In this document: positions 35,246-64,000 of the stretch, piece after piece
How the letters are laid out: each line of letters starts with the position of its first letter
Numbering within the stretch: position 1 is the first letter of the stretch
From: the human T2T-CHM13v2.0 reference genome, Homo sapiens
Strand: one strand, 5' to 3'
Length of the DNA stretch: 64,000 nucleotides
Assembly: GCF_009914755.1 (NCBI RefSeq)
Contig: NC_060937.1
Notes under the pieces: model-generated
Databases searched by the model: none
What the model was told of the DNA's origin: nothing
Seen by the model: only the letters and a program-made list of their open reading frames with translations
Translations under genes and position numbers: made by a program

Positions 35246-35439
35246 CATAGGTGTCATTTTCTAGGATTTCTCAATCTCGCCAACTTAACAAAAAAATATT
35301 GCGATACATGGTATTAGTGATCAAAATATTTGCTGCCCTTCAAGTTGAAAGAGTACTAATCCTATCTCACTGGTTATTTCTTAGGTGTCAGGCTTGGCAT
35401 TGTGACTTGAAGGGCCCTTCCTTGTGGAGAACATATGCA

Positions 35440-35763
35440 TCCCGGATGCTTCAATGTCGGATATGGGCACTTCTTGCTTTGGCTTATAAAGTGTGGGGGA
35501 AGTGATGTGTGACACTTCCTGGCAGGAGCTTTCAGAACCAGTAGATGCTATACTTTGACTCCTCTCTACTACAAGACTGCAATGTGCCCGACAGCAATGG
35601 TTTCATTAGCCTGGGCCCCAGAGTAAGGGTGATGTGAAGCAGAGCTGCAGCCAGCTTGGGATGGGCATGCAGTATGAGCAGGAAATTTTTTGTTGTTATA
35701 AGCCACTGATATTTTCAGGTTGCTTGTTATTGCAGTGTAATTTAGACAAAGCTGACTAATACA
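35440..35763 (+). mobile_element. MLT1-type LTR fragment
   Basis: GAAGTGATGTGTGACACTTCCTGGCAGGAGCTT...GTTGTTATAAGCCACTGA...GCTGACTAATACA. Confidence 0.7.
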
Positions 35764-35833
35764 CATACCATCCTTACTGCATCTGTAGGAATGGTTACAG
35801 CAGTAACCAAAAAGAAGTGAGAATGGAAAAACA

Positions 35834-36180
35834 CAGTCATATGCCACATGATGATGTTTCAGTCAACAACGGACTGCACATATGATGGTGGTCCCTTAAG
35901 ATTATAATGAAACACTTTATTTTTACTGTTCCTTCTCCATGTTTAGATATATTTAAATAAGCAAACACCACTGTATTACAGTGGCCTACAGGATTCCATA
36001 CAGTAACATACCATGCAGGTTTGTAACCTAGAAGCAATAGGCTAGACCATACAGCCTAGGTGTTAGTAGGCTATCCCACCTAGGTTTGTGTAACGACACG
36101 ATGACATTTTTCACAACGACAAAATCGCCTAATGCTGCATTTCTCGGAACGTATCCCTATTGTTAAGAGACGTATGACTA
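35834..36180 (+). mobile_element. Tigger3a/MER7-type non-autonomous DNA transposon
   Basis: Terminal inverted ends CAGTCATA...TATGACT, ~347 bp, matches the recalled consensus. Confidence 0.8.
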
Positions 36181-36189
36181 TATTCTTTC

Positions 36190-37080
36190 TGTAATAGTGA
36201 TAAAAGTACAGAATGCTTAAGGCTAAATTTGACAAGACAGGTTTAAGACATATGAAGAAAATAAAATATTATTGAAAGACATAAAGCATGTCAATTCTCC
36301 AAAAAATCCATATATAAATTTCATGTAATTCTAATCATAATTCCAATGGTTTCTTTTTAATTTGATAAAGGCATTTTAAAGTTCATGTGGAACAGAATTT
36401 ACCCACAATGATGCTGCCAGGATTAAATGAAGTAAAGTATGTAAAGCACCCAGGACAGGATTTGACATCTATAGTATATGCACTGATATGTGTTGGCTAG
36501 TATTACTCAGAAAAATAAATCTTTAAAATGGGGAGTGCCAAAATGTATCTTAGTATACATGGGATTTTAATATAGCCATCTAGAGGAAAAAAAACTAGAC
36601 CTCTATTTAATCCATATCCAAAGTTAAATCCCATATGGATTAAAAACAAAAATGTAAAAAAATTAATATGTTAGAATAAAATTTAAGAGAATGAATTTAT
36701 ACACTACAGGTTAGGAAAACATTCTCAACTGAAATAGCAAACCAGGGAGTTGCAAAGGAAAAGATAATTTTTTAAACATGTGTATTGTCAAAGATACCAT
36801 AAAGAAAAGAATAATCTTATTATACAGTAGACTTCAAGAAATATCTGGGATGTATCAGAAAAAGGTTAATACCTATAGTATGAAATGAGTGACCAAAAAT
36901 TTACAGGAAAAAGAAAAAAAAAACTCCACAGAAAAACGAGTAAAGAATGTGTGAATAGGCATTTTCAGAAAAGCAAATCTAAACAGTAAACATGAAAAAA
37001 TGCATGATCTGAACAGTAATCAGAAAGATCCAAACTAAAGTAATCCTGAGTTATCACTTCTCACCCATCAGAACCACAAA
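36190..37080 (+). mobile_element. Old L1M ORF2 fragments
   Basis: A-rich decayed L1 (ATAAATTTCATGTAATTCTAATCA, TGGATTAAAAAC, TATCACTTCTCACCCATCAGA). Confidence 0.6.
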
Positions 37081-37859
37081 AGTTAAATTTCTGTTGACAG
37101 AAATGTGAACTTAAACCACTTGGAATCATGTTTACCATTTGGGGAAGACGTTTGAAAGCAACCCTTTAATATAGTGGTCAAGGAGGAAATTATGTGGCAT
37201 TGCAATGCACCAAATATAACTACACTATTTTGAAAGTTCAGCTTTTCATGAAATGGATTTTGACAAGACTCTGACTTAGGCTGCTCGTTGTATCTCCCAC
37301 AGTGTATGTTCCTCTCGGCTCCAAACTCAGAATTTTGCAACTACTTTTTGTCACTGGACAGCGTTTTTTCATTTCATGACCACTCCAACCCTTGAATACA
37401 TGGAAGCTCCTAACGGCACTGCCTGGCACACCCTAACCACACAAGTTCTGGCAGCCCTGGTTGAACTCTGGCTAACTCGACCTTTTCAGATCTGTGACTC
37501 GTATGGCTGTCTACACCTGATTCTGATTCTTCACCTAGTTTCTCAGCCCCTACTTTCTCCACTTACTCCTACTCTTCCCCACTCCCCATCCTTCTTGAGA
37601 ACCTCTCAGCACATGGATACCTACTGTAGTAAATAAATTAGACCAAGTGCTAATGGTGTCCTGGAGCTAATTTCACCCAGTTCCCACCACCACACCTTTC
37701 ACACACAGAAGCATAGTTTGATGAGCCCACTTACTCTGGAGATGGGGAGAATCACTTCAAAAGCAGGTAACAGTGGAGGGGGGCGGGCTACTAGCTGAAA
37801 GGCTATTACGATGTTCCTAATGAAAGATGACAGCTCCAGAAAGATGGTGAATGGAGTTT

Positions 37860-38320
37860 ATAGTCTAATAAGGAGAAGCACATGTGAAAACAAGAGGTAC
37901 AACAGTGTGTTACTGCTGGTGAGATACAATTACTCATATGTATGCATAAACAATGAGGCATAAAGAGTCTATTTTCCCCAAGCAGGGAAAGTAGGGCAGC
38001 GGAGATGGTAAGGAAAGGTTTTGTAGAGGAAGCGATGCTTGACCTGACATGGTTTGATAGCACATTCCAAAAAGAGGGGAGAACAGGAAAAAATGTATAG
38101 GGGTATGAAATCAACATTAACAGAGAATTCCAAGTACTTTAATATGACTGGAGTAAAGAATTTAAGAGTGGGGTTGACAGATTACAGAAAGCCTGTTTCA
38201 CATTCTAAAGAGTCATAAATTAAATCTGTAGGGCGGGTAAAGAGGAGCTACTCAGGGCTTTAAGAAGGAAAGTAATCAATTTGAATTTGAGAAAACAACT
38301 TTGGCAGCGGTGTGGAGGAC
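37860..38320 (-). mobile_element. L2 fragment
   Basis: GGTAAGGAAAGGTTTTGTAGAGGAAG...GGAGCTACTCAGGGCTTTAAG. Confidence 0.55.
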
Positions 38321-40164
38321 GGTTTGGAATAAGCAAGGATGTCTGCTTGTGGCTCGGGTGTCAGGTAATTAATTCTGTTATCCATGATACTCTACTTCTC
38401 AACCAGGCAAGTTCATCAAGGAATTTAAGAAACAATACTTTTCTTTCTTGCTCATGTAAAAACACCTAACTAGAATGATAAACAAACAAGGTCTTCTTTT
38501 TTTTCTAAACTCTATTGTATAAACTTAGTTGGACACCCTCATTTAATAAATGAGTGAGGCTGAATAGTTTTTGGCATTAATCCCAGATACTGAAACAGTG
38601 AGAAAACAACAAAACATGGAACATAGTATCTATCCATAACTCCAATTGTATGGTTAGGGTTACTGGAGAGTTTTAAGAGTTATGATTTCCCTGGCAAAGT
38701 GTCCAAAAAACATACCTTCAAAAATTCCAAACAGCCATTTGGCATCTAATCATGCTGACATAATGAAAAATGTTGAATAAATTGCCTACGTGTAATTTCT
38801 CATTCCTGAAGAAGTAAAGGAAGGATGTTTTCTAAGTCTCCACAATGACAGGTTTTATTAAATAATAACATGGTCATAAAAAAGCCAAAAGAAAATTTCC
38901 GAGCTCACTTAGAAAATGGAATCAATCTATTATTTTCTTAAAGATAAATAGATATATTCTGTCACATAGAAGAACGTCTAAGGATATCCACCAATACATT
39001 TACGTTGGTTATCTCTGGGTAATGCGTTTAAGTGTTCTCTATTTTCTTCTTGTTGCCTTTTGGCATTGTCTGATTTTCTATAGTGAACATGCATTGCTTC
39101 TGGAAGAAAAAACAAAAAAGTCAAATACCAACCATACAATCAGAATGTCGCAGGCCATCTTTTTCAGCTCTCTGATTCTGCATCGACTTTCTAATTCTGA
39201 ATAAGATTAATGTAAACTGCTTTCAAGGTAACATTCTGGTGTGTTTTGAGTAGGCTAAATTTCTTTCCTCAAGTCTGTATCTTCAGGGAATAAATTTTTG
39301 AATTTTCAAAATACAGATATTCCCACTAATTATTCATGCCAGTGGAGGGGAATACTGACACTATCCAAAAATATAATGGAATTGAAACCATCATGTATAC
39401 ATGTATATATTAGGCTTTGTGAGGCTCTGCACATGATACTTTTGGCAGATATGCTTTCTGAATTAAATTTTTATTTGGCTAATATTAAAATTACTCCATG
39501 CTCCCACATGTGGGCTGGCAAATGATGGGAGAAGGCTATAGTAAAAGAAATAGGTGTAGAATTTAAAACTCATTGCATATAATCTATCAGCTGTATGCTG
39601 TGCAGGCAAATGAATAGATTATGGTGAAAATATAAACCAATTCTGAGCACAGACAGACCTAAAATAGGGCTACAAAAGCATGAAAAATGGAATGCTAACT
39701 TGCGCCATGTCTGATGCAATGCAGATGTAAAGTAGTAAAATAAAACTCCTGGATTCCAAATAGTCTACTCTAGTACTTATTCTCAAAACCCAGCTTTTCA
39801 TAATCAGCAGACACTCTTTTAAAAGCAGCTGCATCTGAAATTATAGCTAGTAAAATATTTCAAAATATGAAACACTCATCTCTTAGGGTTAAAGGGTCAA
39901 ATGAACTTGATATTTCTCCATCTCTTAACACATAGGAAGGGGCTTGCAGAGAAGATTTGTAAATATGACTTATCCTAAATTATGCATATTGAACCCTTCC
40001 CAACACTGTAAGAATTTAAATCATTTAAAGAAGATCTGGATATATTTTTTATAACTTATAGATTCTTTTCAGGCCCTCGAAAACCTAGTAATTTTCTTAT
40101 TGTTTAAGATTTGTATAATACCACTACCCTTATATGAACTACTCCTCCACCCCTAGCCTTGTAG

Positions 40165-40493
<329 letters not shown>

Positions 40494-42429
40494 TGCCTCC
40501 TTTTTCTAACAGCTGCATCTTTGTCCTTGATTCCCTCTCACAACTGTTCTGGGCATCTGAGAGATCATTATCTCAATCATTCCTTCTTGCTGCTTCTCTT
40601 CCCTGCTGTCTTCACTCTTGCCCCTTCACCAACTCTTTCTAACATCTGCCTAACAAACTTTGGTCTGTCCAATCATGCACATGAAACAAAAACAAAACCC
40701 AACTTTCATTCAAACCAAAATCCTGATTCTATTTTTTGAAATGGACAACTTTCTGAAAAGAATGATCTATAAAATTTGGCTGCCTCCATTTTCTTCTTAT
40801 AAATTCTTCATTCCTAACAATCTGGTTTATAGTTAAACTGCTCACCAGAAGATTATGCAAATGACATCCCATTTGCCAAACCCCATCGATCTTCCCATAA
40901 TCATTATCTGACATCACTGGTCATTCCCTTATCTCAACATCGTATCTTCCTTAGCTCTGAGACATTTTCAGACCTCTCTTCTCTATGCCTCTTCTAGCTT
41001 AAGTTCTAAAGAGACACTCACTACATACTAGATTTCAAAATCCTGCTGAGTACCTGCCTAAAGTATGCAAGGCACTGTGCTGTGGAGACAAAGCAGCTTT
41101 TAAGAGGGGGCTAACCAAGCAGGCTGGGTAATAGGGTTTGGGTGCCCAGGGCCAAGCTTAGGCAAATAACAGAAAAGAGCAAAGTTAAGTGTAATTTTAG
41201 ATCATTAGGGAGCACTAAAATTTAGGTCAGAAGACCCAAATTCAGCTGACAAGATGAAGTACAAGAATAGTACCCAAACAGGAGACAGATGAGGTAACAA
41301 ATGGGGAAAGAGCTAGGAGGAGGGAGGAGGGTTCTTGCCAGATGTGAATGAAGCTGAATTTGTCCTCAGTTTACCTAGCTATGTCACCAGACTGACTTAA
41401 GAGTAAAGTCAAAGACGACTACAAAAAGTAAAACAAAATAGGGTGCTTGTTCTCATACAATGCCTCAGCATTTTCTGTGAAATGTGCATAATGATAGTAT
41501 CTACCTCACAGGATTAATTGAAACAATATATGCAAAAAACTAAACCCTGGCCTGACATGTAACAAATGTTAGCTATCATTACTAATGTTCTATCCTCTAA
41601 GCTATTTAACATAAAGCTTAAGTAAACATAATTAAATCATTCCAGCATCAAATCTAATTTACTTCTTATTTAGCATACTCAAAAGTACCCCGTATTAGTT
41701 AATACTGTAACAAACCATTTAAAATAGGACATAAACTTGGGTGTAAGACTCAAAATAAAGGGAATTTTCTCCTTGCTGAGCCACTAAAACAACTCTTCAC
41801 ACTGGTCACCAAAAGCCTATTTTCAGGGCTTTATGATCCCTTTTTAGCTACTTTTGAACTACTTTCTAACCTCTCAATACTTCCTTGCCCTTTTGATTCG
41901 AAGATGGCATAGCCTTTAAAGCAGGCTCCCCTTCTTCTGGCTGTCTTTTGAATTCTGGTATTTCTTAGGTTCACTCCTACTTTTTCCTTCCTTTCAAAGC
42001 CTTTCCAGTATGTGACACTACCTTAGCGTACCATTAGTGGCTTAAATGGTATCCTGGTTCCTACTTTCTCCCAATCTTAGTCTGTCCTTCATGCTGCCAC
42101 CAGAATTTTTTTTTTTTAATGCCAAATGTTTGTGAAAAGACCTCCATTATCTCCTGTTGTCTATAAGAAAAAGCCCTAAACCTCAGCATACCATAGAAGG
42201 CCCTTCGTTTTGGCCCCAACCTGTCCCTCCAACCTCATCTCATTTTGCTTCACCTGCTCACCCAGAGCTCCAGCCACAGGGAAATGTTTTCCATTACTCA
42301 GATAACAACACGACTTTTCACAGATCTCTTGCCTTTACATGTTCCTCTTCCGTGAATGCTGTTTTCTCCTGCTCCCAACAACTTTCTGGTTTAGCCCCTT
42401 TCTCTATCAAGCATTTATCACACTGCATT

Positions 42430-42735
42430 TTATTATTTTATTATTATTATTTGAGATGGAGTCTTGCTGTGTCACCTAGGCTGGAGTGCAGTGGCGTGAT
42501 CTCTGCTCACTGCAACCTCTACCTCTCAGGTTCAAGCGACTCTCGTGCCTCAGTCTCCTGAATAGCTACAAGCATGCACCATGATGTCTGGCTAATTTTT
42601 TTTTTTGTATCTTTAGTAGAGATGGGCTTTTGCCATGTTGGCCAGGCTGGTGTCGAACTACTGACCTCAAGTGATCTGCCTGCCTCCAGCTCCCAAAGTG
42701 CTAGGATTACAGGTGTGAGCCACTGCACCCAGCCC
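42430..42735 (-). mobile_element. AluS-like within an L2 fragment (~42050-42875)
   Basis: Antisense dimer; TSD CTGCATTTTA. Confidence 0.9.
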
Positions 42736-43213
42736 ATGCTGCATTTTAAATATCTGTTTGCATGTCTATTTCCCCAGGAAAATATATAAGCATCTCAGGT
42801 ACAGGGAATTGCTCTTTTCTTCTTTATAGCTCCAGAATCTAGTACCAAGCAAATGTTCAATACATATTCATTGAACTGTGAGCAATCAGCAAATGTTAAA
42901 ATGATTTTTAAGAAAAGATTCGCAGTTTTACAATTTCTCAGGTGGAATTGACGGAAAGAAAAAAAGATGCAAACGAAACACTCCAACTCAAATCTCAGGA
43001 TTAAACATGGCTATTGTGAAGGACCAGAAGACACCTAAAGGACAGCATGGCAGAACACATAACATCTGGAACTTCAAAGTTGTATGACCATGGCAGTGGA
43101 TATACATAACATATATGGCCTTATCATTTTCCTCTCTCAAATCCTTCGATGGCTTTTTAAAGACAAAGCCTCATCCTTAATCTTGCCTACAAAGGCTGCA
43201 TAAAAAACCTGTA

Positions 43214-43362
43214 GCTGGGTCCCATGATGCACGCCTGTAGTTCCCATTACTCAGCCGGCTGCAGCAGGAGAATCGCTTGAGCCCAGGAGTTCAACGCAGA
43301 CCTGGGCAACATAGCTAAACCCTATCATTATTTAGAACAAACAAACAAAAACAACAACAAAA
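43214..43362 (+). mobile_element. Alu monomer (FLAM-like)
   Basis: Single arm with a (CAAA)/(CAA) tail. Confidence 0.75.
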
Positions 43363-43621
43363 ACCACTTGCCTCCATCTACTTACAACCTCATCTCACAG
43401 TACTCTCCACTTTACTTTCTGAACTTTAGCCAGACTTAGGCCTTCTTTCCAGTTCCGTTTTTGCACAAGCAGATCTGCACGTAATGTTGTTTTAAATATC
43501 CTACTACCCCAAACTAGTTCGCTCTTATCTTTTAGCTGTCAGTCCAAAGATTCCCTAAGATGTCTCCATCCTGTGGCAGCAGACTATAAGGCCGTTTTAT
43601 TACATTATATTTGAACAATAC

Positions 43622-43790
43622 AGAATAGTGTAATGAGCATGGATTCTAGACTCATAAATGTCCTTAGGCATATTTATTTAAGCCCTTCATGTCTCGGTTT
43701 CTTCACCTGTAAATTGTACTTGTAAGGTTATTGAAAAGATTAAAAGAGATAAAGGATGTAAGCACTTAGAACTGTGTTGATAACGCAATT
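43622..43790 (+). mobile_element. MIR
   Basis: GTCTCGGTTTCTTCACCTGTAAA...GATTAAAAGAGATAA...AAGCACTTAGAAC. Confidence 0.7.
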
Positions 43791-44372
43791 CAAAGGGCCC
43801 AACATATGTCGGTCATGATCACATTTACTTAATTTGTAGTCACTATCGTCCCCTCTCTCCCCTCTAGCCTCCGGAGTACCCCTGCTCCTCTAGCCCAGAG
43901 GCCACACCGGCCTGGTCCTTTTTTGTATTCCTAGCCTCAGCACAGGGTTCGGAACATACCAGGCCTTCAATATTATGTTTTTTAAAAATGACAAAAGCCT
44001 TGTGTCCCAATTTTGCTTTATTAGCCGAACGATCTCAAGCAAATCACTCAAACCACCTACGCCTCGTTTACCCTTCTGTGAAATGTAATAGCTACCTCAG
44101 AGAGGTTTTGTGTTAAATAAGGCGATGTACCTACAAAAGCACACTGCACATCTTAAAATGCCGTACAAACCGTAGATGTTTATTAATAAACCGGAGTCCG
44201 TGTCTTCCCTCCCCTCAGGCACGTCTCGTCCCGACCCCTCCCTCCTCCCAGCCCACACCCTTACTGCGCCCTTGGCCCTGGGTCCCTTGGGATTGCAAGC
44301 GTGGGAGCCTCGGCCCCGCGCAGCTCCCTCCGGCGTCCCGCGCCCTCCTTCCTTCCTCGCCAGGACGGACGC

Positions 44373-44414
44373 ACTTCCGGCGGATGTGGGGGCCAGCCCT
44401 CGGAAACGGAAGTG
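44373..44414. promoter_or_regulatory. Paired ETS (GABPA/ELK-type) motifs in the core promoter
   Basis: ACTTCCGG at 44373-44380 (CCGGAAGT on the minus strand) and CGGAAGTG at 44407-44414; further CGGAA at 44401 and 44467. Confidence 0.75.
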
Positions 44415-44472
44415 AGCGGCGGGGTCGACTGACGGTAACGGGGCAGAGAGGCTGTTCGCAGAGCTGCGGAAG

Positions 44473-44475
<3 letters not shown>
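44384..44475 (+). other. Upstream ORF (30 aa, MWGPALGNGSERRGRLTVTGQRGCSQSCGR) ending at TG|A across the exon1/2 junction
   Basis: ATG at 44384 with 30 open codons; the stop is formed by 44474-44475 (TG) plus 47698 (A). The ORF is seen in sequence; translation is unproven. Confidence 0.5.
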
Positions 44476-63390
<18,915 letters not shown>

Positions 63391-63442
63391 TAGTGTGCTG
63401 TTCATGGAAACCGAGGGCTGCATCTTGTTTATAGTCATCTTT

Positions 63443-63450
63443 GTACTGTA
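63443..63450 (+). promoter_or_regulatory. miR-101-3p 8mer seed site (GTACTGTA)
   Basis: Exact complement of the miR-101-3p seed (UACAGUAC...); POMP is a reported miR-101 target (recall). Confidence 0.75.
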
Positions 63451-63466
63451 ATTTGATGTACACAAC

Positions 63467-63472
63467 ATTAAA
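63467..63472 (+). terminator. Proximal poly(A) signal ATTAAA
   Basis: ATTAAA ~80 nt after the stop, preceded by three TGTA (CFIm-type) motifs at 63442, 63447 and 63457. Confidence 0.6.
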
Positions 63473-63765
63473 AGTACTGACACCTGAGAATTTCTGCTCA
63501 AGTAGTATCAGTGATCATTTAAAATTTGGAGGGGTCTTTGGTTTACAGCCATGTGACAATTAAAAGCACTAAAGGGAGATCATGTTAAAGCTCTTAATTT
63601 ATATTAAAACAGTAGCCTTTGTCTTTAAAAAAGTTGTTGCTCATGAATATTATAAAATGATCTACAGGTTTCAATTCAACCTGTTTCTAGGTTTTTTTGT
63701 AAATTTAGTTTTGATTAAGCATTATAAGCATTTGAGTCTATAAACTTTATAGTAGCATCTTTCAG

Positions 63766-63771
63766 AATAAA
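63766..63771 (+). terminator. Canonical poly(A) signal AATAAA
   Basis: Only canonical AATAAA seen in the visible 3' UTR; further ATTAAA at 63559, 63603 and 63966. Confidence 0.55.
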
Positions 63772-64000
63772 CATTTTTAATTGATTTCAGTGGCAACTCT
63801 CAAATTGATTACAATATGAGATATATCAGTGTCGTCCATTAACACTCATAAGAATAATATTTACTGTGTCAGTGCTATTTTAGGATTATAGTTATTGTTT
63901 GATTATTTCAGGTTGAAAAGTAGAAGTTCCAAGGTTTTGATTTTGGTCTGGTCTTTAAGTGAAAAATTAAAGCAACCAGTAGATGTAGGTTAAACTTTTA

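Larger units (their letters stand above)
63391..64000 (+). other. POMP: POMP 3' UTR (may continue past the window)
   Basis: AU-rich sequence with no recognisable repeats after the stop codon; several poly(A) hexamers. Confidence 0.85.

Noticed and set aside
37083-37430. Unique stretch with ORFs, considered as a processed pseudogene fragment
   Set aside because: No recognisable parent protein, poly-A tail or TSD
38404-38413. p53 half-site AGGCAAGTTC
   Set aside because: No adjacent second half-site

Overview
Primate (human-like) genomic DNA with dense Alu/L1/L2/MIR/LTR content. One protein-coding gene is recoverable: POMP (proteasome maturation protein, UMP1 homologue) on the + strand. It has six coding exons (44473-44475, 47698-47795, 49797-49857, 53761-53862, 57625-57718, 63323-63390; 426 nt, 141 aa, all introns GT-AG), a CpG-island/ETS promoter and a 3' UTR running off the window end. 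The first ~44 kb is intergenic (from recall, the human 13q12 FLT1-POMP interval) and contains nested transposons, a solo ERV1 LTR, an AT-rich minisatellite and unique stretches. The ORF track is almost entirely Alu/L1-derived or spurious. The most interesting signals are: (1) a 30-codon upstream ORF whose stop codon is assembled by exon1-exon2 splicing and overlaps the POMP start (A-TG|A-ATG), lying 6 nt from the KLICK c.-95delC site; (2) a cluster of 8 ACGTG/CACGT (HIF/E-box-type) cores in ~700 bp of CpG-retaining intergenic DNA; (3) two fold-back/palindromic structures. Repeat subfamily names and repeat boundaries were judged by eye and are approximate.
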